Below the pieces are notes generated by a model, which was not told where the DNA came from, ran no database searches, and was given only the letters and a program-made list of their open reading frames with translations. A DNA stretch of 63,918 bases, filler included, from Octopus bimaculoides (taxonomy: Eukaryota): NCBI RefSeq assembly GCF_001194135.2. It is 7 parts of 7 records of this genome, joined end to end, with 100 filler letters (N's around TTAATTAATTAA, not from the genome) between each part and the next. Parts side by side here need not be neighbours in the genome. Positions count along the whole stretch, not along the records: positions 33,636 to 44,757 come from NC_068994.1; positions 44,858 to 55,450 come from NC_068988.1; 5 more parts are not named here. The stretch is one strand, 5' to 3'. Positions within the stretch are counted from its first letter, which is position 1; every line of letters begins with the position of its first letter. Shown here piece after piece: positions 34,931 through 47,655 of the stretch. Position numbers and translations under genes: made by a program.

Positions 34931-36640
34931 ATGGTGAGAAATTACATTCGTAAAACTGGAAGAGGCTCTTGAACTCCATATAACCTACAGGCAGCCATGC
35001 AATCTGTCCGACAAGGAAGTTCTCTTCACCAGGCAGCAAAGCAGAACGGAAATCCCCAAGACAACCCACCCTGAAGAGACCCATGGAAGGCAAAGCGTCT
35101 TCTCCTGGAGAGCTTTCTTTAGGGCATTTTCAGCCAACACTAAAGAATTTTGAGGAGGAACTGCTAGAGCACTGCGTCTACCTGCAACGGACTTTTTATG
35201 GTGTCACTTCAAGAGGTTTGCGTTCCTTCGCTTTTGTGGTTGNNNNNNNNNNNNNNNNNNNNNNNNNNNNNNNNNNNNNNNNNNNNNNNNNNNNNNNNNN
35301 NNNNNNNNNNNNNNNNNNNNNNNNNNNNNNNNNNNNNNNNNNNNNNNNNNNNNNNNNNNNNNNNNNNNNNNNNNNNNNNNNNNNNNNNNNNNNNNNNNNN
35401 NNNNNNNNNNNNNNNNNNNNNNNNNNNNNNNNNNNNNNNNNNNNNNNNNNNNNNNNNNNNNNNNNNNNNNNNNNNNNNNNNNNNNNNNNNNNNNNNNNNN
35501 NNNNNNNNNNNNNNNNNNNNNNNNNNNNNNNNNNNNNNNNNNNNNNNNNNNNNNNNNNNNNNNNNNNNNNNNNNNNNNNNNNNNNNNNNNNNNNNNNNNN
35601 NNNNNNNNNNNNNNNNNNNNNNNNNNNNNNNNNNNNNNNNNNNNNNNNNNNNNNNNNNNNNNNNNNNNNNNNNNNNNNNNNNNNNNNNNNNNNNNNNNNN
35701 NNNNNNNNNNNNNNNNNNNNNNNNNNNNNNNNNNNNNNNNNNNNNNNNNNNNNNNNNNNNNNNNNNNNNNNNNNNNNNNNNNNNNNNNNNNNNNNNNNNN
35801 NNNNNNNNNNNNNNNNNNNNNNNNNNNNNNNNNNNNNNNNNNNNNNNNNNNNNNNNNNNNGATATCAATTCCACTTCGTACCAGCCACAAGCTTCAGCCC
35901 TTATGCAGGACCTTTTTTGCACCCCTCAAAACCTTTTACCACCAGGAAGTTGACAAGTGGATCATCAATCACCCATGTCAGCGGGAAGATGACTTCAAAG
36001 TTTCTGCTTTCATAAGAGCTGCAACAGTTCGGAATGCCTGCAGTGGATTTCGTTGCAATGGAATCTGGCCATACAATCCGGATGTGTTTGGTGATGTCGA
36101 TTTCATTTGGGCAGAAGCCACTGAAATTGCTGATCCTAAGGAAAGTCCAGCACCATCACAGGAACAGCCACAAGTAGATCCTGCACCCTCCCAGTCTTAT
36201 GATCTATCTGTCAAAGGTGCAGATGGATGCAAAAGTCAAGAAGACACAGAGGTAGGCCAACACAATTCACCACAACAAAGAATCTCTGTTGTTTCCTTGT
36301 CGCCTGCTCCACGAAGTCAGGCTACAAGTTAAAGATGAGCTCAGATTTCAGAGTGCCTCACCAGTTCACCCTTTAAAGACTCTCTCTCAGCTAAAGCCAT
36401 GAAAAATCAACAACTAAACCAACAGCAAGGAGAAAAGGTTGCAAACCCAAGACCCCCAGAAGTGTGCTGAAGACACCAGCCTGCACATCAAAAACAACAG
36501 ACAAAGAGTTCCATTGCATTTTCTGTGAAGAACTCCCAACAGAAAATTGGATTGAACGCCAGCTGTGCAGGGAATGGGCACATGAAAAGTGTGTTAGGGT
36601 TGAAATTGATGACGTTACATTCATTTGTGAACTTTGTGTC
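34931..36640 (+). pseudogene. pogo/Tc5-type transposase relic: HTH, DDE_1-like, C-terminal PHD finger
   Basis: MVRNYIRKTGRGS*TPYNLQAAMQSVRQG; EEELLEHCVYLQRTFYGVT; after gap TSHKLQPLCRTFFAPLK (catalytic QPLD is QPLC), SGFRCNGIWPYNPDVF; CIFC..WI...C..WAH..C..F.CELC. Confidence 0.85.
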
Positions 36641-36887
36641 CCCTTATCAGCTACCTTGCTGACCAGTCACATTGAGCACTATTTCTGTTTCTTTAGAAGA
36701 AGAAAAAACACCATGAACCTTCAGTGGTGGGATGCGTCTGCAAACTGAGAGCAGAAAACAGTATTTCTCATGATCATAGTTTACTTTCATTTACGTAATT
36801 TTCAGTTGTTTTATAAATAAAAGATGTATTCCAGTATAATACACACAAGTATGTATTTGAATACGGCAAAATGTAATAAACATTCTT

Positions 36888-37090
36888 ATGGGGCAAAACG
36901 GACCATGTCTGATAAAAATTCCTTTTACACATATCTATACAAGATTTTTTTTTTCTAATTAATCATACTACACATAAACATGTGAATGGCTATTCTCTAT
37001 GCACATAGCAATTTACATTAAGATGTGTGCATTTTTGACGGAAATATCGAACTTTTCCCATAGGGGGTTCGTTTTGCCCCGTCTTTCCCT
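36888..37090. mobile_element. Right terminal region of the pogo-like element
   Basis: GGGGCAAAACGGACC (36891) and GGTTCGTTTTGCCCCGTCTTTCCCT (to 37090), inverse of 34316. Confidence 0.8.
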
Positions 37091-38075
37091 ATAACACGAT
37101 ATGAAATTGTAAAGTTTTTCTTTGTTCACTTTTGTTTTGAAAGTACACAATAATGAAATGAAACTTGGTTATATTTCAGACGATTAGACCTGCTTACGTT
37201 GATCGTATAACAGTTAGGCAATCGTATAACGGTTAGGTGTAGTATGTTGAGGTTAGAATTTGTAAACTGTATAACTGTAGGATGCTTGAGAAAAAGTTGA
37301 GATAGGCTTCACGTTGCATAGTTGATCATTTTCTGATGTACTGAAAGAAATTGATACAAAATGATTTATACACTTTATTGACTTTATTGAGCCGTTATGA
37401 AGTTTTTCACAACTGCTACGAACTGGAAGTAAATATGAATGTTAATTAGTTTTGAAAGAGTATCTCGCAGTAAGCTGTCTCTAAGTTGATGTAAAATTCG
37501 CTCAAGATATATTGCCTGTGTGTGTGTAGGGGACGTATATGTGAGCGTGTGTGCGTGCGTACATATCTGTATGAGTGTGTGTGTAAGCTATTTCTCTGAC
37601 TTCCATGATGGTAGGAGTAAACAGGCCGTTAGTGGCCGAAAGAGAAAGCTTTGCTATAGGTATCTCGATATAAAGCTGTGTTAAATTCGATCTAGGCCAT
37701 TGACAATACAATAGAATGTGCCTTCTAGATTGAGCGTTTGTCTCAGACGGTGGCAAATTTGACAGGATGAACTAACATATTCTAATTACAAGAACAATAG
37801 ATGCTAACATGAAGATTGAGGTTTCGATCCTTGGTTAAGAATCCAGTTTCTATCTCTTATATCGCTTTTGGTTTTGTTTTTGCAGAATAAGTATTTATGG
37901 GTTAAAGCATAACTGTAAAAAAATAACGCTACCCTCGAGGGATGCATATAAACATCCATCCATCCATCCATCCATCCATCCATCCATTCATACATGCATA
38001 TATACATACATATGTGCATGCGTGTGTATGTATATATGTGTGTGTAGATACATATGTTATGTGTATGTATATATA

Positions 38076-38106
<31 letters not shown>

Positions 38107-38107
<1 letters not shown>

Positions 38108-38401
38108 GTGGAGGCGCAATGGCCCAGTGGTTAGGGCAGCGGACTCGCGGTCATAGGATCGCGGTTTCGATTCCCAGACCGGGCGTTGTGAGTGTTTATT
38201 GAGCGAAAATACCTAAAGCTCCACGAGGCTCCGGCAGGGGATGGTGGCGAACCCTGCTGTACACTTTCACCACAACTTTCTCTCACTCTTACTTCCTGTT
38301 TCTGTTGTGCCTGTAATTTAAAGGGTCAGCCTTGTCACACTGTGTCATGCTGAATATCCCCGAGAACTACGTTAAGGGTACACGTGTCTGTGGAGTGCTC
38401 A
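38107..38401 (+). mobile_element. SINE-C, truncated by gap
   Basis: A box TGGCCCAGTGG 38120-38130, B box GGTTTCGATTCC 38163-38174. Confidence 0.9.
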
Positions 38402-39240
38402 NNNNNNNNNNNNNNNNNNNNNNNNNNNNNNNNNNNNNNNNNNNNNNNNNNNNNNNNNNNNNNNNNNNNNNNNNNNNNNNNNNNNNNNNNNNNNNNNNNN
38501 NNNNNNNNNNNNNNNNNNNNNNNNNNNNNNNNNNNNNNNNNNNNNNNNNNNNNNNNNNNNNNNNNNNNNNNNNNNNNNNNNNNNNNNNNNNNNNNNNNNN
38601 NNNNNNNNNNNNNNNNNNNNNNNNNNNNNNNNNNNNNNNNNNNNNNNNNNNNNNNNNNNNNNNNNNNNNNNNNNNNNNNNNNNNNNNNNNNNNNNNNNNN
38701 NNNNNNNNNNNNNNNNNNNNNNNNNNNNNNNNNNNNNNNNNNNNNNNNNNNNNNNNNNNNNNNNNNNNNNNNNNNNNNNNNNNNNNNNNNNNNNNNNNNN
38801 NNNNNNNNNNNNNNNNNNNNNNNNNNNNNNNNNNNNNNNNNNNNNNNNNNNNNNNNNNNNNNNNNNNNNNNNNNNNNNNNNNNNNNNNNNNNNNNNNNNN
38901 NNNNNNNNNNNNNNNNNNNNNNNNNNNNNNNNNNNNNNNNNNNNNNNNNNNNNNNNNNNNNNNNNNNNNNNNNNNNNNNNNNNNNNNNNNNNNNNNNNNN
39001 NNNNNNNNNNNNNNNNNNNNNNNNNNNNNNNNNNNNNNNNNNNNNNNNNNNNNNNNNNNNNNNNNNNNNNNNNNNNNNNNNNNNNNNNNNNNNNNNNNNN
39101 NNNNNNNNNNNNNNNNNNNNNNNNNNNNNNNNNNNNNNNNNNNNNNNNNNNNNNNNNNNNNNNNNNNNNNNNNNNNNNNNNNNNNNNNNNNNNNNNNNNN
39201 NNNNNNNNNNNNNNNNNNNNNNNNNNNNNNNNNNNNNNNN

Positions 39241-39297
<57 letters not shown>

Positions 39298-39982
39298 TGC
39301 GCTTTCGCACGTGCATGTGTTTGTATTTTATTTGAGCAAAAGAGAAACTACACAGACTTTAGCGAAATCAGAATAGTTAATCCGAGTTATCACAAATTGT
39401 GAGCAATGATAACAGTGTGTGGAAGTGTTGAAAGGTTTCTAGGCTTACAATTCTGCTTCGTAACAGCGTTAGGACACGGATACAATAATTAATCCCTTTG
39501 ATGACTCCTGTCATCGGACTACCGTTATGCTGGGGCACCAGTCTTCAAGGATTTTTAGTCACTTATATTGACCTCAGTACTTATTTTATTGGCCTTTATT
39601 TGTCGACCTGCAAAGTTGCAAGACTTAGAGATATACTATATAAGCAACACCTGTTTTCACGTTGGAGCTACCATAAACACACATACATATCCCTTTTCTC
39701 CCCCCCTCTCTCTTTCTCTCATATGTATGAATGTATGTATGTATGAATGTATGTATGTATGAATGTATGTATGTATGTATGTGTATATATATATGTATAT
39801 ACATATATATATATACATATATATATACATATACGTATATNNNNNNNNNNNNNNNNNNNNNNNNNNNNNNNNNNNNNNNNNNNNNNNNNNNNNNNNNNNN
39901 NNNNNNNNNNNNNNNNNNNNNNNNNNNNNNNNNNNNNNNNNNNNNTATATATATATATATATATATATATGTACGTATGTAT

Positions 39983-40049
<67 letters not shown>

Positions 40050-40050
<1 letters not shown>

Positions 40051-40770
40051 GGTGGTTGTCTACTCCTTATGCAGAGTATGAGCACCGCCTGTGCCTACAC
40101 CTTAGAACCATCGTGGCATCTGATGTGGCTTTTTAAACCAGACAATGTCCTGAAAAGACACCCACATAGATTTGCATATCCGATTTGGACCACCAAGAGC
40201 TGCAGATAAGTTCTGATCTTTGCGGATCTTAAAGTGTCTTTTGAGGCTTCCGTTAGATTTGCAAACCGTCTGGCATACATTGCATTGAAGAGTGTACATA
40301 GACATATAGGCAGAATAGTTGATGGAGGTTCGTTTTCCATGGGTTCGCAAATGAGATTTGAGCCCAGCAAAAGAAAGGCATTATTGTCTGTCACAAACTG
40401 TGCAGACAAAAAGGTAATTGTGATTCACTTTCTCGATCGTAACATTCTTCCCTATATGTCTCGTGAGTCTTGCATGCGTTACCCTTTCAATCCACTCCAC
40501 ACTTTTGCTCACCATCCAGCTCGTTCCGAAGCAGGGATTTCTATGTCCACTGGATCCATTCCAAGTGACCTCATAGCAGTCCTTATGCCGTCCTTAAACT
40601 TTTCTCCTCTGCAAGGTCACCATAAAACAGCTGTTTGGGCGTGCGTTCATCCGCCATTCGAACAATATGGCCATAGCATCTCATTTGGTTTCTCAAAATC
40701 ATAGCTTTAATCGAGGTGATGCCTGCAGATGCAAGGACATCTGTTTTGTCATTTAAATTTTTCATCTCCA
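40050..40770 (-). pseudogene. RTE-clade LINE C-terminus with two C2H2-like motifs
   Basis: RCYGHIVRMADERTPKQLFYGDL, then CNVCQTVCKSNGSLKRH and ..TLSGLKSHIRCH; frameshifted. Confidence 0.8.
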
Positions 40771-40938
40771 CCCCACATCAAGAGAGTCCGTGTGAGTGGG
40801 TGTGAGTAAGAAAAACATATTTACTAACAGAAAAGAATGCTATTAAAGTAAGTTCTTTTACCTACCTTTTTTAAATCACTCTGCTTTCCTTACGAAATTC
40901 CTTACATGCATACACATACAGCATGAGCTCAATTCTTT

Positions 40939-40990
<52 letters not shown>

Positions 40991-41557
40991 AGTAAATATA
41001 TATATAGAGAGGGAAACTTTTACCATGAGAAAAGCGAGAAATGAAAGAGATATACAATGAGACCATTTTTGTTGCTGTCAAAGAGTTAAACAATTTTTAA
41101 TCAAGTAAAAATTTTCAATTTGGTATATTGATGTTTTTCACGCTGAATCTGAGTTTGTGATTCATTGGGATTCATTTATTCCGCAAAAGTTTTCACAAAA
41201 ACGCTACAGAGCTTCTATAGTTTGATCAGTTCTACCCAATCAGAAAACAGGATTTGTGTGTAACAGCTGTGGTAAAATGAAAGTAAACATTAGAAGCTGA
41301 AGTTTTAAGCAAAATGAAAGCAATGCGTTAGAAATAATACATATACAGAGAGGGAGAGGGAGAGAGAAAGAGAGAGTTTGTGGAAAAGAGTGTGGTAACT
41401 AACAGAGAGAATTATTTCTCGTTCCAATTTATATATATATCTTTGTTATTATTTACGGGTGATCGCAGATTTCGTAAGTTACCATCGGTTTTCTCGAAGC
41501 TGCACCGTTTTAGAGCCTTTCGGAGCTAAATACATATACATAACCACATACACTCGC

Positions 41558-41596
<39 letters not shown>

Positions 41597-41626
41597 TGTA
41601 TATATATATACGTATCTATGTATATA

Positions 41627-41657
<31 letters not shown>

Positions 41658-42352
41658 NNNNNNNNNNNNNNNNNNNNNNNNNNNNNNNNNNNNNNNNNNN
41701 NNNNNNNNNNNNNNNNNNNNNNNNNNNNNNNNNNNNNNNNNNNNNNNNNNNNNNNNNNNNNNNNNNNNNNNNNNNNNNNNNNNNNNNNNNNNNNNNNNNN
41801 NNNNNNNNNNNNNNNNNNNNNNNNNNNNNNNNNNNNNNNNNNNNNNNNNNNNNNNNNNNNNNNNNNNNNNNNNNNNNNNNNNNNNNNNNNNNNNNNNNNN
41901 NNNNNNNNNNNNNNNNNNNNNNNNNNNNNNNNNNNNNNNNNNNNNNNNNNNNNNNNNNNNNNNNNNNNNNNNNNNNNNNNNNNNNNNNNNNNNNNNNNNN
42001 NNNNNNNNNNNNNNNNNNNNNNNNNNNNNNNNNNNNNNNNNNNNNNNNNNNNNNNNNNNNNNNNNNNNNNNNNNNNNNNNNNNNNNNNNNNNNNNNNNNN
42101 NNNNNNNNNNNNNNNNNNNNNNNNNNNNNNNNNNNNNNNNNNNNNNNNNNNNNNNNNNNNNNNNNNNNNNNNNNNNNNNNNNNNNNNNNNNNNNNNNNNN
42201 NNNNNNNNNNNNNNNNNNNNNNNNNNNNNNNNNNNNNNNNNNNNNNNNNNNNNNNNNNNNNNNNNNNNNNNNNNNNNNNNNNNNNNNNNNNNNNNNNNNN
42301 NNNNNNNNNNNNNNNNNNNNNNNNNNNNNNNNNNNNNNNNNNNNNNNNNNNN

Positions 42353-42420
<68 letters not shown>

Positions 42421-43235
42421 AGTAAATAAGAATTCGTGAAATCCAGCCGAATGCCTCAGTCAATGTTCAATGCGAACTCCAACCTATCAGGAGATATAGA
42501 AAGGACAGACAATTCAGTAAACCGAAAATTTCTCCACAGAAACTGAAGGTATAGTTCATCAATGGCAGTGTAAAATAAAACAAAAATAAAGGAATGTAGA
42601 TATTCATATCCGTTTCATTATCCAACAACGATCATTAGCTAAATCATTTAACATGTTAGAGCACGCGCATGCGCACACACATACAGACGCACATCGTAAA
42701 CGTAGAAAATGATGATGCAAGTCCATGAGATATTAAAAGAAAATCTGTTAGATGAAAATGGTAGGTTTGAGTTTTTTCTTTTAATATTGAAAGGTCCTTA
42801 AGCCTATCAGAGTTACGTCCCTTAGATTGATCTATTTAACCATATTCTTGCATGTCGACGTTCAAATGGCAAATGTGATTGTGGAATGATGAGGGTGGTG
42901 GTGGTTGGGGGTAAAGTGAGGCGAGGAGAGTGACGGATAAAGCTAGGCAGAACGTGTCACAGTGTGTTAAGAGGTTTGACTACGACTACCGCACTTTGAG
43001 CAAGCGATCGTCTTCACCTGGGTTTCTCTAGCCTCAAGATTCTAGGTTACGTGCAGCGTTCGTTACCAACATTGCAGTGGTAATGGCAAAATATGAACTG
43101 TCGATCTTCCGGCTACTAATTAACTCAATGTTTCTTAACATTTTTTTTTTTTGTAGCACCTCACCCCACTAAGTAGTTTTAACGTTTTGTGCCTACCTAA
43201 GTGGTGAGTGATGTATCAGGACTAAACTAACTTAA

Positions 43236-43525
43236 CCCATTACCTACCAGTGATCTCATATGAGATCACTTAAAAATTACAAATTTCGTAACTATCTGCC
43301 AATATTTACAGATATCTAAGCTTTTTGCTATATCTACTAGGTATATTTCTCTGAAATTCAAATGAGGTTTGCTAATTTTTCATCTAATATCTCGCTTATT
43401 TCTATTTAAAATGTTATTTTGAAATGTTATTTTGATCATTCCAGCGTGTTTCTAAGGCTGTTTTATGCTAGAAGTCAAAGTTTCATAAAAAAATTCCAGT
43501 TAATAGAATTATGGGAGGTAATGGG
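43236..43525. mobile_element. piggyBac-type MITE
   Basis: TTAA|CCCATTACCTACCA ... TGGGAGGTAATGGG|TTAA (14-bp TIR, one mismatch); internal palindrome GTGATCTCATATGAGATCAC. Confidence 0.85.
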
Positions 43526-43689
43526 TTAACATGGATGACAATTTATAAATTTTACTTAAAACATGGATTGTATAAGCTGTTAACAGTCAAATGATTAAAA
43601 ATGAATAAAGACTAATGTTGTAAATCCACTTTATACATTGCAAGTTAATGACCTACCTGTGCCTGGTGAGATTTTATTTTATTAACCAG

Positions 43690-44056
43690 CTTGCTTACCA
43701 ACCACATGGTTCTGGGTTCAGTCCCACTGTGTGACACCTTGGGCAAGTGTCTTCTACTATAGCCTCGGGCCGACCAAAGCCTTGTGAGTGAATTTGGTAG
43801 ACAGAAACTGAAAGAAGCCCGTCGTTATATATATATATGTATACTTGTGTGTCTGTGTTTGTCCTCCAAACATCGCTTGACAACCGATGGTGGTGTGTTT
43901 ACGTCCCCGTAACTTAGTGGTTCGGCAAAAAGAGACCGATAGAATAAGTACTAGGCTTCGAAAAAGAATAAGTCCTGGGGTCGATTTGCTCGACTAAAGG
44001 CGGTGCTCCAGCATGGCCACAGTCAAATGACTGAAACAAGTAAGAGTAAAAGAGAG
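43690..44056 (+). mobile_element. SINE-A, CpG-rich copy
   Basis: GCTTGCTTACCAACCACATGG through GACTGAAACAAGTAAGAGTAAAAGAG. Confidence 0.92.
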
Positions 44057-44471
44057 TTACTACTATAGGTAAAATCTAGTATGGTAATTATGTTACCTCC
44101 CGCCTCCTAAAGACCCTCTCAACATGCCCAGCACCCCCTTAGAGGCGGTACCGCCCACGTTGAGAACCTCTAAATTACCACATTGGAAGCCCTAACGGTT
44201 CAGCTAAGCTAGCTGCGTTTCTTACACGTTTCCTTCTCTCTGCCCAATCAAGTGAATCTACATTTCTCTGTGATTATAAAAATATCGGCTGTCATTGAGT
44301 AGCATTCTAGCTCGTAGGCATCACCGACAGACGGCAATTGAATGGATTTAGACGAGATGTTATTAACGCCTGCAGATTTATAAGGGCTGTAAAGAGGCAG
44401 AAATAAGATGGAGCTCGTTCATTCATGACTTTAGAAAATGACGTTATAATCGAGGAAGAGANNNNNNNNNN

Positions 44472-44515
<44 letters not shown>

Positions 44516-44757
44516 GAAGATAGGAATGGCCATGTAAAGTGGATGGCAAGAACTGCAAACTCCATTGCGAAGTTAAAGCTCATGGCCATAGGCTTGAGCA
44601 AAAGACATTGTACTACTTCACTTATGTTTGTAGGGCTTGCTGTACGTTAACTAACGTCCGACATGCTGTTATGTTCCTTTCCCAATCACAAAGAAAATTA
44701 AGTCGAAAGAAGTAGTGCTCTGGTGTTTGTGAAATCTCTCCACGTCCTTATATCTCT

Positions 44758-44857
44758 NNNNNNNNNNNNNNNNNNNNNNNNNNNNNNNNNNNNNNNNNNN
44801 NTTAATTAATTAANNNNNNNNNNNNNNNNNNNNNNNNNNNNNNNNNNNNNNNNNNNN
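44758..44857. other. Assembly spacer 44N-TTAATTAATTAA-44N
   Basis: Linker 44802-44813. Confidence 0.97.
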
Positions 44858-45692
44858 CCCCTATAATAACAAAGACGAAAGCTAACGATATCCTAAAGAC
44901 CTAATAATAGTTATGTATGTGTTTTTTCGTGTTTTGTTCGAAAGGTAACCACTCCTGAAGAAGTGCCAAACGTCTAAATCCAATGGACCAGTCACTGGAT
45001 AAGTTTGGCACAGAAATGTTAACATAGAGTGGTGAATAAATCGATATATCGAATTTGAAGTCTCTGTCTCTTTTGAATATGAAAATTTAAAAGTTTAAAA
45101 ACCTTATATATATATATATATATATATATCAATCTATCTATTTATTTATCTCTTATATCTATGTGTCAAAACTTCAGACATTTGTGTCCAGGGATTCCCT
45201 AATCATTTTTCAGGTCTTTTCAATAAGTTGGTACTCATATCCGTTTTCTTCTTTCATAAATGATTGCACTAGTAATAATGAAAACCTGACTGGACTCTTT
45301 TGTAAGTCTTACTAAAGTTAATTTCTAAAGACTAATGAGGCAAAGTCTCGTGTTTATATTATTCTAAAAACTAGTTGAAACATTTTCCCTGATCAACTAG
45401 ACACTGAAATGTCTCCTGTTATTAGAAACATTGATATTCAACAGAGCAACATATTGACAGCTCGTATCAATTGTAAAGGTTTCAGTTCTTTTGTTTAACA
45501 CGTTGATCGATATTATCCTAACCTGCCACAAAATCGACTGTTTGTGTTGTGTAAGATGTTACTATACCACTCGTCACTGAGAAATGCATTACTTATGATC
45601 TCTTTCATGAGATATATGAACTCACACATTCTCTCACACACACTCGCACACACACACGCACGCACACACACAGAAACACACACATATGTATA

Positions 45693-45728
<36 letters not shown>

Positions 45729-45734
<6 letters not shown>

Positions 45735-46060
45735 TTAAGGGTAGAAATTGATATTAATCAATTAAAACCAGTGGTCTAGCATATTAAAAAAATACGAATA
45801 TTAAAATTATATTACATACAAAAATAAGAGGAATGACCAGCAAAAGTGGACTCCTATATGCTAGAAATAGATGCCAAATCATCTAACCACGAAAAATATG
45901 TTCTCAGTAAAAATTTAGCGACACAACAGACTGTAAAAGGGCAAGACAAATGAAAAATACTAAATAAAAAACGATTAACCTACGTACCATGGTTTCACCT
46001 GTTAAAATTTACATAAGTAAATATCTCCAGGATCATCAGCGTAGTCTGTCCATTTATAAA
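45729..46060 (-). mobile_element. Short non-coding hammerhead-bearing element (retrozyme or non-autonomous PLE-like)
   Basis: Hammerhead near the 5' end, about 250 nt of non-coding sequence ending CCCTTAATAAAT next to (TA)n. Boundaries approximate. Confidence 0.5.
45980..46044 (-). ncRNA. Type-I hammerhead ribozyme, nearly intact
   Basis: rc CTACG CTGATGA T CCTG [..ATTTAC TTAT GTAAAT..] CAGG T GAAA CCATGG TA CGTAG: perfect 5-bp stem I, full core, palindromic ACCATGGT stem III, GUA site. Confidence 0.9.
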
Positions 46061-46307
46061 ATATAATTTCCAGAACTAGACACAAGACGTCCACCCGAAA
46101 GGGAGCACGTGTAGAGTTCTACAAATTACATTCAGTGTAACACCGTACGTCCATAAGATATATTATCTTTGGGCGAATACTACACTAAATTTGCTTTTCA
46201 AAGATGTATTTACATGAAGTTCTAGTGTGTTATGGCGAAAAGCATTGATGAATTATTGCGTTTAAGGTTGTGGCTGGTTGAGACAAATGGTATTTGTCGG
46301 AGAATAT

Positions 46308-47105
46308 AAAGTCAACAAATCGTTGCTATCAAAAAGTATTGCTATCAAAAAGTATTGCTATCAAAACTCCACTGCCATCTCTAAGGGTCAAAAAATTTTC
46401 TAATGGCCAACAAATTATTGCTATCTTAAGGTCAAGAGTTCACGACCATCTAAAGGTCAACAAATCCCTAATATTTAGGATCGACAAATCATTACTAACT
46501 AAGGATTAACAAATCATTGTTATCTAAAGTTCAACAAATCCCTGCTATTTCAGAGTCAACTAATCACTTCCATCAATGAATCAATGCCATCTAAATGTCA
46601 ACTAATCGCAGCTCTTTAAGGTAGCAAATAATTTCTAATGGCTCGAAATATTACCGTTATCTATGATTCAACATATAACTGCTGTCTAAGGGTCAGCAAA
46701 TACCTACCATCTGAAGTTGACAAATCATTGCTTTTAAAGGATTAACAAATCTCTTCTATCTAAGGGTCAACAAACCACTGTTATCTAAGAGTCAACAATA
46801 CAGCTATCTAAGAGTCAAGAGTCCACTGGTAGCTAAAGGTTAATAAAATACTGCTAAGGTCCAAGATATAGTTGTTATCAAAGAGTCAACAAATCACTTT
46901 TGTTTCAGGGCCAACAAATTCCTGTTGTCTAAGCGTCGTCAACAAATCTTTTATCAAAGAATTGAAATATCACTGCAGTCTAAAGGTCAACAAATCACAG
47001 CTAAGGTTTAACGTGTAATTGCTATCTAAGGATCAAGAAATCACTGCTCATTAAGGGTCAACAAATCACTGCCGTCTAAGTGTCAAATCACCGCCGGCAT
47101 CTAAG
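46308..47105. repeat. Degenerate ~25-bp minisatellite
   Basis: Approximate consensus TAAGGGTCAACAAATCACTGCTATC, roughly 30 units by eye. Confidence 0.85.
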
Positions 47106-47488
47106 TGTCATAATGTTCTTTTATTAACAAAGACAGCAGGGATCAAAAATTTTGCTTGAAATAGGCAAAAAGCAGATTTTAGATCGTTGATCTAAGAGTA
47201 TACACACACTATTGTGCAGATTATTACACAGGACATGGGTATAGAATATTATATATGATGTCTGATATAAAATATTTTACATGATGTGAGGTATAGAATA
47301 TTTTGCTTGATGATGTATTTTCTTATAAAGTGAAAGTAATCGGTATTGTATTTTAGTAATCACTGTTTATATTCACTCAAATTTAAGCAATACATACAAT
47401 ATGTGTGTGCGTGTGCGCGTATATCTATATAATGTATAGAGTTTTACATACATATGCATTTATTATGTGTATGTGTGCGTGTCTATAT

Positions 47489-47580
<92 letters not shown>

Positions 47581-47608
47581 CAGATAGTAGATAGATAGAT
47601 AGATAGAC

Positions 47609-47639
<31 letters not shown>

Positions 47640-47655
47640 CAGATAGATAGATGGA
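47489..47655. repeat. (GATA)n array
   Basis: Read directly. Confidence 0.95.

Noticed and set aside
38107-38180. tRNA-like sequences as true tRNA genes
   Set aside because: No proper acceptor stem; they run into SINE bodies.
44858-44890. CAAAGAC GAAA GCTA, possible 3' half of a hammerhead
   Set aside because: 5' half would lie in the spacer; cannot be evaluated.
44955-44974. CTGAAGAAGTGCCAAACGTC
   Set aside because: CAAA instead of GAAA, no room for stem II, no stem I.
45860-45870. GCTAGAAATAG, identical to part of the SpCas9 sgRNA scaffold
   Set aside because: Only 11 nt, flanks do not match, and a related motif occurs in other repeats here (about 61060-61080, 11745-11758).
46308-47105. 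CRISPR-like repeat-spacer appearance
   Set aside because: Units are diverged tandem copies without unique spacers, no cas genes, eukaryotic context.
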